NCBI GenBank assembly: GCA_963924565.1 | Contig: OZ004613.1 | Coordinates: forward strand, 24,180,001-24,244,000 | Reading direction: 5' to 3' | Source of the DNA: Ascidiella aspersa | Lineage: Eukaryota | DNA: 64,000 bases | Shown: positions 38,701-50,800 of the stretch, piece by piece | Layout of the letters: each line of letters opens with the position of its first letter | How positions within the stretch are numbered: the stretch's first letter is position 1 | Made by a program: the position numbers and the translations under genes | The notes under the pieces: generated by a model | What the model saw: only the letters and a program-made list of their open reading frames with translations | The model's database searches: none | What the model was told of the DNA's origin: nothing

Positions 38701-39809
38701 AGGATAGTGCACACTGCACTGTGATTTTTGATATATCAAAAAGTAATGTGGAGTATATGACGGTGAACACCGCGCCATGTTGCTTTCAATACATGATTTT
38801 CGTGTTTATCTCTAGCATATAAATTTGCGTTCTCATTTTGGATCACAAGGTTTACATCATAAATTAAATATTTTTTGCTATTTCTCGAAAACACAGACAT
38901 TTTTGGCATTCTCGCGACCGAAAACGTCAATCAGTTGAGAATCAAACAGTTAGCTTCAACCAAAAAAGATTTTATTTTTAAAAAGGACGTGTTTTATTAC
39001 AACCAGTAAGGTTAGAGTAACTCCTATGTGGTTAAGTCGGCACAGTAAAGAAATATAAAAATTGCAGGCTGCAAAAAAACTGAACAGGCAGCTGAAAAAA
39101 CTGAACAGGCAGCTGAAAAAACTGAACAGGCAGCTGAAAAGTCGATATTTAAGCATGCAAAAAGATTGACCCAACGTAACTCAATAACGAATCAGATTTG
39201 TTGTGTTATGTAAATCTAATCAGGAATAAATGATTGTAAATTGGAAGGCCCTCGTTTTACCAGCTTATGAGGGCTCGCTCCTCCTTGAACGCCTTCACAT
39301 ATCTAATGCTGTGATTCGCAACCTTATATGGCTTACGGCACCCCCAAAAAATAATAAATAGATTTTCGGCACTCCGACTGGCATTTTTGTTGAGTATTTT
39401 ACTGTACTGTCACTATAAATGTAACTGGTACAACACAATCAACTTAAAAACATGTACACAAATAGTTGTATCAAGAAGCTTACCAATTGAGCAAAAATTA
39501 AACTCCCAAAATTATTAACTACCTATCGGCACCCTTGAGCATTAGAAATGGCACACCAGGGCGCCGCTGCACCCCGGTTGAGAACCACTGATCTAATGTC
39601 TTTCGACTTTCAGGTGTGACGCAAGCGTGACCTTTGGCCCCTGGACGGCGACGCCCGACGTTTATGACCTCATCGACTGCATCAAGCACGACCTTGAGGA
39701 GAAGGGCTACGACCTTGAACACCGCTGCATCGGCGTTTGCGACAAGCTAATTTCGGGCCAGCACTACTGTAAGCGATCCATTTTCGAGTTCAAGTTTAAG
39801 TGGTGGTAA
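29781..39809 (+). CDS. KCTD7: BTB/POZ domain-containing protein KCTD7 (282 aa)
   Basis: Exons 29781-29930, 31164-31303, 31624-31819, 33672-33838, 39614-39809, phase-consistent, 849 nt. The BTB domain (LNVGG..TTSLSTL..MLAAMFSGRH..GRYFIDRNG) and C-terminus (VTFGPW...DVYDL..CIGVCDK..HYCKRSIFEFKFKWW) match human KCTD7. Confidence 0.95.
31866..32524. mobile_element. hAT-type MITE (CATAGGCGCC ends), host of the family-2 palindrome
   Basis: TIR CATAGGAGCCGAAC / GTTTGGCGCCTATG; TSD CTTGCACG / CTTGCACA; homologous to 59027-59337. Confidence 0.8.
31962..32174. mobile_element. Palindromic insertion with U3-A8 variant hammerhead (family 2), flanked by a 12-bp direct repeat
   Basis: ~77-bp near-perfect arms 31967-32044 and 32061-32138; AAGTTATAAATA at 31950-31961 and 32175-32186; absent from the sister host MITE at 59027. 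Confidence 0.65.
32685..33351. mobile_element. hAT-type MITE
   Basis: TIR CAGGGGTTGTCAAC / GTTGAGAACCACTG; TSD GTATAGAT / ATATAGAT. Confidence 0.8.
35729..36165. mobile_element. hAT-type MITE (longer relative of 42509-42735)
   Basis: TIR CAGTGCTTTTTAAAC / GTTTAAGAAACACTG; TSD GTGTAGAG / GCGTAGAG; appears to sit inside an older inverted-repeat element (~35458-36319). Confidence 0.85.
36485..37700. repeat. Tandem duplication of a ~470-bp unit in KCTD7 intron 4
   Basis: Both units share CCAGAGTAACGTTA, TTGGGTTCAGATGGGA, TGTCAACTCATTTGTCTTGTACCTTCGTATGATTTCCGGCAGAATTC and GGGCGATAATTAGGAGTCTTTATCTTG. Confidence 0.9.
36642..36797. mobile_element. Family-2 element, degenerate copy
   Basis: Shares GAATAACTCTTTATTCATTTTCAA and the tail TTACGTCTTACTACAA..CCATTATGCTCC with 31962-32174; flanked by CAAAATCAAAAT repeats; absent from the second unit of the tandem duplication. 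Confidence 0.55.
39067..39140. repeat. 21-bp tandem repeat, ~3 copies
   Basis: GCTGAAAAAACTGAACAGGCA repeated without spacers. Confidence 0.9.
39309..39590. mobile_element. hAT-type MITE adjacent to the KCTD7 exon 5 acceptor
   Basis: TIR CTGTGATTCGCAACC / GGTTGAGAACCACTG; perfect TSD ATCTAATG. Confidence 0.8.
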
Positions 39810-42235
39810 TCGGCGAAATATGTCGTTTTTTGTGTTTTTTGCGGTTCTCCAACGTTTGTTTTGTTATTTTTGTTTTAAAGCTCTTGTTAAGACGCGCAAA
39901 ATCGACCGCATTCCACTTGGCTTTTGTGACTCCGTTAAGTTTGTGGAGTGTTTTTCCTTTTTTATCGTTCAGATTTAATTTTATATATATTTTTCTTTTA
40001 TGACTCGCTTGCCAGCATTCCACATTGTCCCATTTTTCGGACAAACAGATTGCATTGTCAATCAGTCGTTAACGACTCTAAAAAATCATTTTATTCAGCT
40101 GGCAATTTTATCGTATCCGCTTCTGCTTTTCCGTATAGTGTTCGACGTTTCTTTCTTGCATCCTTTCTATTTGGTTTTAATCCAGTCTTTAATCTTGTTG
40201 TTCTTCAGGCCAAGTGCCTTTTGTTGGGCTTCGCGAAAGTTCGTCTTTCCAGCTCTCGCACAACTTAACTGTGAACAATGGCATCCTAACCCGTTTATTT
40301 TCTTCATCGAAAAAACAACAATGAGATCTTGATTGTGTCGCCTGTGAACACAAACCACGCTGTAGCCTGTAAAACGCACCACACGGTTTTTGAGTTAGTA
40401 AACAATTAGCAACTCTAAGCTGGCCTACTAAAATTTAACTTGCACGGTGTTAAATGTGCGACGCCTTACTTGCCTTTTAGAGACTGGTCATTTTAGGTAG
40501 AGCTAAAAACAACAACTTTAACATTCAGTATGGTGTAAATAAAATAAAAAAGGCACAAACGAAAATTTCAGGGCTCACTAAAGGTCCAGTACAAATAGGC
40601 GCTTGACTTTTAGTTAGTAACTTTGACCTTAAACGGAAAAATCGACTTAACACGGCATTTAAGTTTAAAGCACCGAGGACTTTTAATCGTTGAAAAAAGC
40701 ACTTTAAAATAAAAAGAAAACGTTGGCTATGTACCACAAGGCACACTTTTTTTAAAAATAGATCGTTCATATGAAATCCACTTTGTTAAACAAATACGAC
40801 TAAAAATGAAACAACGTATCCCCTTCCGTGTATAACTTATCCGATTACTATTTTTCCACTTGCGCTTAAAGTTTTAGCATGCGCCGAGCGCTTTCTTTTC
40901 ATTGATTTAGTTTAGCTGACGGTTTGACGCGCATTTCCCCTAAAGCGTTTTGTTGGCATCCAACAGTTATTAGAACCCTCTTTCGATTGGCACTTACTAT
41001 TGGCCTGTTCTTCAAATGCTCTATTTTTATTAGTTTGCCAACTTCAAACGCTTTGCCGAAAATAGTATGTTGTTAACGCTTTTAATGTGTTTTATTGTTT
41101 TATTTCGGCTTAGCTTAAACAGCGACACTTATAAAAAATTGTTTCAATTCGTTTGTATAGGCGGGATTGTCCTAACCTTATACGTGATTGGTATTCCAGT
41201 AGTGCGGCGTTGTACTTCGTTTAGAAACAGTTATATTTTAATCCAACTGGTTTCCTTAAGATTTTTGTTCTTCACACTTCCAAAACTTTGATTTGGATTT
41301 TGTCGCTTTGATTTCGCGAAACAAACGGCATACTTTGCTAATACCTAAACGAAATCAGCATCCTTGATTACCCAAATCGGTATTGGTCTATTTTTTTAGA
41401 GCTTGCATTTATTATTTCTATGCTTTGTTGAGTCGTTTCATGTTAGTTGCATTCCAGAAAAACTTTACTGTTTCCAAAGCTTCGTTTGAATCATAATAAC
41501 ATTTTTTGACCATTCCTATTTTGATAATTTAGCTCTACAGCATTACTACCTAAAATGCAGCAATATGGTTTGCATGGCCATAATGGGTAGCATATGACTC
41601 GGTGTTTACTGTTTATGGAAGTCCATATTAAATCTATTGTTACAGAATAAATATTTTCCGTTCTTACTGTATGTACACCCTCGAAAATTCTGAAAACTAA
41701 TTATTATTCCTTAAGGGTACAAAGTATCTAAAGTAAGTCATTCCAAATTATTTAAATAAAGTCGGCTACAGTTGTATCTATCACTGTGTGACTCAAATCT
41801 GGCAATTTTCCACTGTGTAACAGGGTCACTAAACGGCAGGCCTGCGGGCCAGATCCGCCCGCGGCTTTAGTTTTTTAGCTCGCTACATATTTCCAGAATG
41901 ATCCCAAACCCTTATTGTTAATACTTTATTAACGCAAATGTTTATCCCATTCAAAACCGGCTAAACTCCCATTTGCTAAAACTCAGTTTAAATTCTGACT
42001 AGATTTTTTTCTTCTTTTTGTAACAATTCCTTCGGTCCTTAAAAAAAGGTTTAGAAAAAAGTATAAAAAGTTTGGTGAACCCAACCAAATATGTGCGCAG
42101 TTTTTGAGTAAAATTGCAATTTTCCCTCCTTCCAATATTCTTGCGTGGTGTAAGGTAAATAAACGCAGAAAGACAAAAATTGTGGTTTGTTTTTTGTCAG
42201 TGTATCCCTTCCCTGAGTTTCTAGAAACAGTAGGC

Positions 42236-42830
42236 TGTAGGGAGAGAGTATGGGACGATAGGTCTGGCATCGGCCGTTATGTTGTCGACGTTTGGACGCC
42301 CTAGTTTGAATTGCACCGCGGTTTCGGTGCCAGATTTTTCGGCCATGTTGGGGGTTATTGGTGGGTAATTGATAGGGTTATGGTTAAAAATATCAAGGGA
42401 GTTTATAATGTAATAGGCTACTTAGGGGTGGGCTTTGGGGTTAGGTGAAGTATAGGTCAGAATCTGGCCATTTAGGTTTAGGTCCGACGAGTCTAGGACT
42501 TTTTAGACCAGTTTTTTCTTAAACAGGTGAATGGTTCACCCCAGGGACAATAAATTTTTTGCAGGGGTGAACCGTCAGAAATGGATGATAGCTTGCGAGC
42601 AGGGAGGATATTCCAGGTGTCCATTTTGTGCTGTTATATATAGACGAGATGGTTTTATAATATCATGAGACAAGGGTGAATGAAATCTGGAGATAGATGC
42701 TAGGGGTAAACAAAACTAAAAAAGTTTAAGCACTGTTGTAGACGGTATTACGAGTTTAGTCGTAGTTGGGTCTTATTCCGAACTGTGTTTTATTCCGACG
42801 TCGATGTTGTTCTTATTTCGGTCTTATTGC
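42236..42830 (+). repeat. Same dispersed repeat family, interrupted by MITE 42509-42735
   Basis: TGTAGGGAGA..GGACGAT..GTCGACGTTTGGA and CGAACTGTGTTTTATTCCGACGTCGATGTTGTTCTTATTT match 7341-7713 in reverse. Confidence 0.7.
42509..42735. mobile_element. hAT-type MITE, internally deleted inverted copy of 35729-36165
   Basis: Shares CATGAGACAAGGGTGAATGAAATCTGGAGATAGATG; TSD TTTTAGAC / TTGTAGAC. Confidence 0.85.
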
Positions 42831-42905
42831 TCTAAACCAAAAAAATGATGACGTAGGCTATAGGCGAAGTATGTTTCAATCTTCTAACAAGCCAAAGGTT
42901 TGGGG

Positions 42906-44314
42906 CGGTAGGGAAGATGTGGGACCATTGGGTCAACTTTGAGGTTTTTGCAACTGCTTTGGCTCGTAAAATGGGATTTAGAAGTCTTAACATGAACTTC
43001 AATCCATCCTTAAACACATCACAGCATTTATCTTAAAATGTCAGAACAGAAAAGTTGTTTATTTTGCATGCAAAAAATGCTACTCCAGTGAACCATTGGT
43101 CCCTATCCATGGGTACTATTGGTTCAAGGATTGGGGACCATTGATTTCAGAACATTTAGTTGAAGAAGAACTCACACCGTCCATTGCAATTGCAATTTTC
43201 ATCTGCAATATTTGCTAATTCATATTTTTATTACTACACAGGCCTGCATGGATTTGTAGTTTAATTCATTTTTCCGCAATGTCCCTTAAGAAGCAGTTTG
43301 CCGTCATCACTATCGTCTGTGTGTCTGTTAATACGTTTTAAGGCTACCACCAACTTTAAAGTTTAGAGATGCCGTAGAAAATTTGCTTATCGCTGTTAAT
43401 TGTTTACTCGGTAGGCCAACAATAGTGCTGATTTACTGATCCACTGGTCCCGTTTGTGAACCACTGGTCCCCATGACGGCCATTTGCACTTGACTTAGAC
43501 TAATTTTTCAGGTGTAGTGCTATTTGCCATCACCTAAAATGTAAATATAATTTTTCCTAATAAACCACTATATATAATGACTCTGCTGTAGTACAAGATA
43601 CAAATCTATTAGACGTGACATTTTTCCTTTTTGCCTCAAAAATCGTTTTATCATCTTAAATCTTACACAGATTTCCGTCTTGTTGGAAAACTCGTAGACA
43701 AAGGTGGCGTTGCATCTCAATACAACATGGAAAATTCAAATATCAATTTTAAATGGAAAGGGTAAAAAAGTTCCAGAGTCACTGGTCCCTATGGTCCCCA
43801 CTAGACTTGGACAACTAGATTTATTTTAGCTTTTTTAAATTAGATTAGAATTAAAATTAGATCATTTTGAGTTTTTTTCATATTAGATTAGAATTAGAAT
43901 TACTGAATTCCTAAAAAATCAAATTTCAACTAGAATTTGAACTAGAATCACATTTAGTTTTTACAACCAATTTAATTTAACCGCGATTTATTCTCATAAG
44001 AACGTGAATGGTAAATATGTGTGTGCTAATTTGTATGCATTTTTATGCTCTTTAGCCTGAAAAAATTACATAAAAGTCGTTCCAACCAGAAAATGTTATT
44101 TGAAATTCTGTGTTTGAACTGAGAGACTAAAAATGCCGTTCGACAAAGTAGCATTTTTGGTAAAATCCAAATTAGATTAGAACTAGAATTAGAGCAAAAA
44201 AGCAATTCACAAATTAGATTAGATTAGAATTAGCCGCATTTTGCTCTAATTCAATGAATTAGAAAACTAGAATTATCTAGTTGTCAAAGTCTTGTCCCCA
44301 CATCTCTCCTACTG
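42906..44314. mobile_element. Probable pogo/Tc1-type non-autonomous element with an interrupted right TIR
   Basis: CGGTAGGGAAGATGTGGGACC versus GGTCCCCAC[insertion]ATCTCTCCTACTG followed by TA. Confidence 0.5.
43802..44293. mobile_element. hAT-type MITE rich in ATTAG/AATTAG repeats
   Basis: TIR TAGACTTGGACAACTAGA / TCTAGTTGTCAAAGTCTT; perfect TSD GTCCCCAC. Confidence 0.8.
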
Positions 44315-44826
44315 TAAATTTCACAATCATGCAAAAAAAATATTATGTGGTATTATAAAAGAACGATTGGAATTACATGTAGAACTTTTACATTAAAACA
44401 TAAATCCAAGACGTGTTTTAATACCAGGGTATAGTTTTTCCGAAACAACCTTCCTGGGATTTCAATGTTACTTACGCATCCTTCCAAAGCGACTCAGTCA
44501 ACCAAGTATTTCAATACACCTTGTGCTGTGTTAATACAGCTTGTGTAGTATTTTAATACAACTAATGTAGTATTTCAATACAATACACTTTACGTACAGC
44601 AGCTTAATGACACAAGTAAAGCAGACTGATACAAGTATTTCCTACCCAGTATTGCAATGCAACTTACGAGCGTTTCAATATAAATAACAAAAAACAACAA
44701 TTAGGAAGAATAAATCCATCACGCATTTCCCACACTTCCATTTTTTCGCGACCCTTTCAGATTTTCGCAAAATCCCTCGTCCGACATTGGAACGCTTCGA
44801 GTCCCTCCGGTCCGCAGTTCCGCTTT

Positions 44827-47800
44827 TCACCCGTCGCCCAGTTCCATCATTTCGTTGCGCTTCTGCTTAAGGGCTTCCAAGTGGAGTTTGAGCTTGTCGT
44901 AGTGACCCTTGCTCTTGCAGTGCACCACCTGACCGGCCTGCTGCGTGCTGTAGAACTTGCGGCAAATCTGGCAGAAGTAGCCCTTTGGGAGAGAGAAACG
45001 CGGCGGACGCATTAGCATCGGGTGCATATCGTGGCTACACGATCGTTTTTTTTTTAGCTTTTTTAAATAAGATGAAAACTTAACTTATAGTTTTTAGGAT
45101 TTTTCAAACTCGATTAGAATTGTCGATTTCGCAAAAGAAGTAACTCAATCGAAATCCAAGTTGGAATTGCTTTTAATCAATTCACATTTTGTTTAGAAAC
45201 TAGATGAAGTCGATTTTTTCTAATAAGAATTACATAGCGTGTCAACACTTCGTGCTAGCTCATTAGGCATTTTATTTCAGCCACTTAATCTCAACTTTGT
45301 TCATAGCCGTTGAGCATATTTCAAAAATTGAAAATTAGATCAAACAAAAATAAGAACACGTGGGAAAATTACAAGTTTTAAAATTAAAATTGCCAGTACA
45401 AGTAAAATTGTCTAGTTGACCGAATCTGTCACACACAAGAGATAATCGGGTATAGCTTCTTGCAGTGCGTTTACGACAGACCGCTTTGGTTCTTGGTAAA
45501 TTGGACTCATGATTGACAAATACCCCAAAGCTTACCAAGTTTAACGTTAAAAAAGGAAAATCAACCAAAACATATTATAACTTGATAACATATAACAAAA
45601 ATCGGCACAAATGTTTGGTTAAATTTGTCCCCATAACTCCTGTTCCAAATTCGGGATTTTTAAGAGAGACTGTTTTCGTTTTCCTTACTGACACAAGCCA
45701 TAGTGAATTCTAAGGCCGGGATTTAGCGGTAAATCAAATTTCTCGCATATAGCCCTTACCTCCATAGCTTTTATAGCGCACTGCCCAGCAGGATTGTTGG
45801 CATCGTAGGCTGGTAAGCGGTATCTGAACGGATCATCAGGAAACGGTGGTATCTGGATAAGTAAAATGGAATATCCTCACATGAGGTCGCGACCTTTGCA
45901 GGGTGTCTCACAAGTTATACGAGTCGAGAGTACAGAAGTTTTACCCAAGTGACATATACGAAAAATGTATCTTTTTTGAAACTAAAATGAACCAGGGCTG
46001 CGGAATCGGATTCGTGCGCTGTACCGAACTCGAAACTAATTAGGCAACAAACTGTAAATCTTAAAGGTGGAATAGAATGTGGGTGGTATTCTTCTAGCAT
46101 GTATTGTGGGTGGATGAATAGTATGACACCTTTATTCTGAGTTGAATGCTGAATATAAACCTTAGTTACGTAAATGGATGAAATACAGGTTATTTGGAGT
46201 CAAACCACATTTGGCTCAAGACTCGGATTCAATTTTTGGCCGGATTTAGAATCGGGTTATTTTTAATACACTTCGCATTCTGGTTAAAACAGTACAAAGA
46301 AAAATTGTGAAGCGCACAGCGTAATACTTTCAAACTAAAGGGTCCCGGAAAGTTGTAATGAATTAAATAGGGCCGCACACTGAAAAGGTCAGAAATTCCG
46401 GCGAGTAAGCAAAACTTCTATTACCTAGTCCCAGAATATGCTAATCTGAAACCTTTTTAATATTTTAATAACAAATAACTTCTTTTTATATTGCTAGATT
46501 TCGTAGTGAAAGTGTGTTGTAAAATGTTGAATATTCACTTTATGTTTATCTTACGACTTAGATCAGTAAATTAGTTAAAATATTATATATAGAAGATTGA
46601 AACGCTTCCATTATTTTAATCGGGTGCGCAAATTTTCAAATCAAATTCACTGAAGTACTATAGAAGAACTCAGCAAATACTATAGTAAACCTAGTTTATA
46701 GAGACAACTGGCTATTCAATGCAGAACTTACATGTATTTTCTCGCCTTTTTCGTCGTCGCGGTCCACGTCGAACCCATTGTCGGCCGGTTCTTCTTTTTT
46801 ATGCCGTTGGCCTTTGCAAGGCAAGATTTTATATTTTTCGAAAATATATTATTTTTCAAATAGTAAACAACGAAATATCGTAAAGAACTTGGCAGGTAAA
46901 TATTCAGATTAATGATTTGCAGATTGATGGTATTACAAGTATAGCTATTAGATCAAAGGGTTAAAAAACGTGAATATAACTAAAATTAGGTATTAGGTAT
47001 ATATAATAAAATATAACTAAAGTTAGGTATAATTGCGCGAAGCGCGAAAAAACTTGCGTTCATAATTTGTGAAAATATAATCTAGGAGACTTGGGATGAA
47101 GCATAAAAAATAATTGGCACACTTCTCGAAAGAATGGTCACTTACAAGATTAACATAGTAAACGAATTGTGAAGGCTAATGATTTTAATCAGCTGTATGG
47201 CGAAAAGTTCGCCAAACGGGATAATTTTTTTCTTGTATTCGGTTTAAGTAGGCAAAAAATTGGAATTTTAAAAGGGTCGAAATACTTTCGATGATGTGTT
47301 TAAATATAAAAGAAGAATATTTTTATGCAGGACAAATTATTTAGGTTTGGGAAGCCATGACTGGGTATCAAATCATAATTAATTAATACAATTAGATCGA
47401 ACGCATATGCCAGGGATAATTACTACCTGAAAGAATTCAGGTTACCGCGGGTAAGTTTAGACACGGAATGGAATCAATGCGCGACGCCCTTGGAAAATCA
47501 AAAACGCACAGTTTACAACCTCAGAAAAACATTGTAAGAAAAAAGCTTCGGACCAAAAATTATGTTTATATTTTCATCGCCCAAAAATAAATGAATTGTA
47601 ATTGAGGCCGCTGTTGTCGTTATTTCGATATGGACCGCGCTCAACCTACCACTGTTGTGTCCATTTCGCCGCCTCTTCGGACGCTCGTCGCCTCGGCTGT
47701 GGTCGGAAAATTTACGGGCAGGGGGAGGGGGGTGCTCCGCGCCCAAGGGCGGGGGGTCGGAGCGCCGTTTCTTGGGCGCCTTGGCCACGCCGATCCGGGG

Positions 47801-50800
47801 CGGCAGGGGCACCGGAGGGCCAGGCAGCAGCTCCATGGCAACGGCGTTCTTGCGTATGAGCATGCCGTGACGCCTTAGGGCGTTCATAGCGTCGTCGGGC
47901 GTGTAGAAGTCAACGTCCACGATGTTGTAGCCGATGTTCTGTAAAAAAATCGGTTTTAGGTGTCAATTGTTGTTCACGTTAATATGGGGCCAGTATTGAT
48001 ATATAATACTATGTTAACTTGGAAAATATCCACCATATGATATATTGACTTTACAATTTAAAGTTGGCGGAAAGGTCAGTTTTAAAATCTGGTACTGCGC
48101 ATGCGCACGTCGGACTCGGGACGCGGGTAGTTTTACGTGGCCGACTTCGCGGCCCTGGACAATACACCGTAGATACAGACGCTTGGCAATATGCTGCAAG
48201 TGCAAGTTTAACTTGTTGACTCAAGTGCGGTCGAAAATCGTGGGCTGACCTGTGCGATCTTGGCCGGGTGAATTGGGGCTAGAAAGTCCCTGATGTCATC
48301 GGTGGTCGCCTGTTCGGGAAGGTTGTACATTCGAACGTAGACGCTGGGACCAAATCCGCCTGGACAAGTAGTACGAGATATAAGCAACTTGGAAAATTGA
48401 ACTAAAAGATCTACAAATGTTCTGAGGATAATCCCACATTAAATCAGCCATTTATTTTGGAAACGACATAAATAATTAAAATCTGCAACATTACCATTTT
48501 TATAGGGTTTTATGAAAAAATCTACACTTTTTCTCCTTGAAATGATTATCTGCATTTTTGCGTTACGATTAAATCAAGTTAAGGTGTACTTTTTTTTAAA
48601 TAGTATGTCTAAAATAGATGGAATATTTCAAATCTTCAATATAACAGCTGTAAAGTTTACCTGGTCCCGGCATCGGTGGTCTTTGACCTGGAGGTCCCTG
48701 GTGAAACATCGGAGGCCTTCCCATCATAAGGGGGCCACCTGGCCGGGGACCCATCGGACCGGGGCCCATCATCGGACCCCGTGCCATCATCATTGGGTCA
48801 GGACCAAAAAGGGGTCTGGGACCGATCCACGGTTGACCAGGACCCATTCTCAGGGGCCCAGGTCCCATATGAGCCGGGCCAGGCCCCATTCGAGGGGGTC
48901 CGGGCCCCATTACCATGGGGTTTGGCCCCATACCTGGCCTCATACCCATGCCTAGGGGTCTTGGGGGCATTCCCATACCGGGATGACCCGGGGGCATTTG
49001 GGGTCGCGTGGGTTGAGTATTACCGGTGTCCTTGCTTTGTGTACTGCTGAGTTGTAGTTTCGTGCTAAAAAATAAATAAATTTACAAAAATGTAAAGTCT
49101 AGTTTGTAAGAGCTAATGCGCCTAAGTCAACAAACCACACCAAGGTTGGTTTATCGTAAGTTGGAACAGTGACTTGATTCTAGGGGCGGGTCAATGGGGA
49201 GGCACCAGGCCATTGCCCATCCAGACTATATTTTTTGCTAATTTTTACTACGCAAAACAAAAAATATCGGGCTTCGCGATAACTTCCAGTCATATTTGCT
49301 ATGTTTTGTCCGTTTGAAAGAAACTATTCAGCCCGAAGACGCCAAGTACACTATGGCGTGTTACGCCGTGTGAACTCATACTCTATATAGGGCGATGTTT
49401 GTTATTTTCGAGCTCTTTTATGCGTCACGTTCCCTTATTGATTTTGCCATCTACCCCTTAAATTCTAGATCCAGCCATGTTTGATTAGATAAAAGAGCTC
49501 AGTGAAACCGATAGAAGCTTGGCAGAGTTACCCAGACTTAAGTTGGATTTTTTTTTCGAAATACCATGCTTTATTTCAGCTGACATACCGAATATTACGC
49601 AATGAGCACAGCATACAGTAGGCAACAGTGCTACGTTAGTTTCTCGACCGGCTGCTACTGAGCCCGCGTAGCTCAGCCGACAGAGCGGTCCAGGTATGGC
49701 CGAGATTACCGAGTTTACTTGATTTCAATCAATTGACATTGATATTTGTAACTTTTTTTATTTTTCAGCAAAATAAATGTCTTGACCTAAAGTTACATTA
49801 TTTTAGAAATTTGTAAGTAATTTATAATAACTCGTTTGTGTCTCAGGAATCAAACTAACACTAAAAACGTCACAGCCCAACGTAATTTTAAAACCTTTTA
49901 ATTTTTGATGACATATTGAATTCATGTCTTACCTCGTGGAAGAATCCACTTTCTTTTCTATTTTTATTTTCTCTTCATCAGTTGGCACCTTCAAAAAGAG
50001 GATTAATTTTTCACGGTTTAATAAAAAGTTTATCTACGATTTTGTCCCTTTAACAAAATATTGCTATCAACATAAAACGTTAAACTGTTTTGGGCAAAAT
50101 ACATAAATACATATTTCAAGCATATTCTGATATGGTACCTTAATTTGGCAAAGATTAATGAAGTCATTGACAAGATGCAATACCTGTGGAATAACTATAG
50201 AGTCCATGTTTCCGGGGTCATAAACAAAGACTGTGGACTGAGGATCAGCATTAATAACGGCTCCACCGTCTGTCGTAGGATTTTTTACATTGTCAGATGC
50301 TTTTGAATCCAATTTGTCCTTACTTTTGTCCACTATTAAAGCTGGTTGGCTAATGTCACCAGAATGACCCTCATCCTTGATTTTTTGCTGGCCTAAAAGC
50401 ATAATAGACTCGTAATTAAAGGGCAATGATGGTCTTAAATAAGAGGTGTCCGGAAATATCAAACAGAAAAACAATAAATTTTCAGCTACACATCTAGTTT
50501 AAAAAATGTTAAAATAGCAACAGCACTTAAATACAAAACGATATGAATAATGTGCATTTAACAAATTAAAGTAAAAAATATGCCACATTCACCTACCAAT
50601 GTATTTTATAACTGTTTCATTTCATGAAACTTAGTAAATAAAATATCAAAGTAACCTTTATTAAATTAATATAGCAAAATGTAGGGAATACAAAAGCGTC
50701 GAAAAATTTTCTTATTACTTTTTAGAAATGCAATTAAAGTGCATAGTTAAGCATTTCCAAAATAAACAGTATAAAATTTCCACAAGACTTTTCACAAGTT

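Noticed and set aside
39067-39140. CRISPR-like repeat
   Set aside because: Head-to-tail repeats without spacers in a eukaryotic intron.
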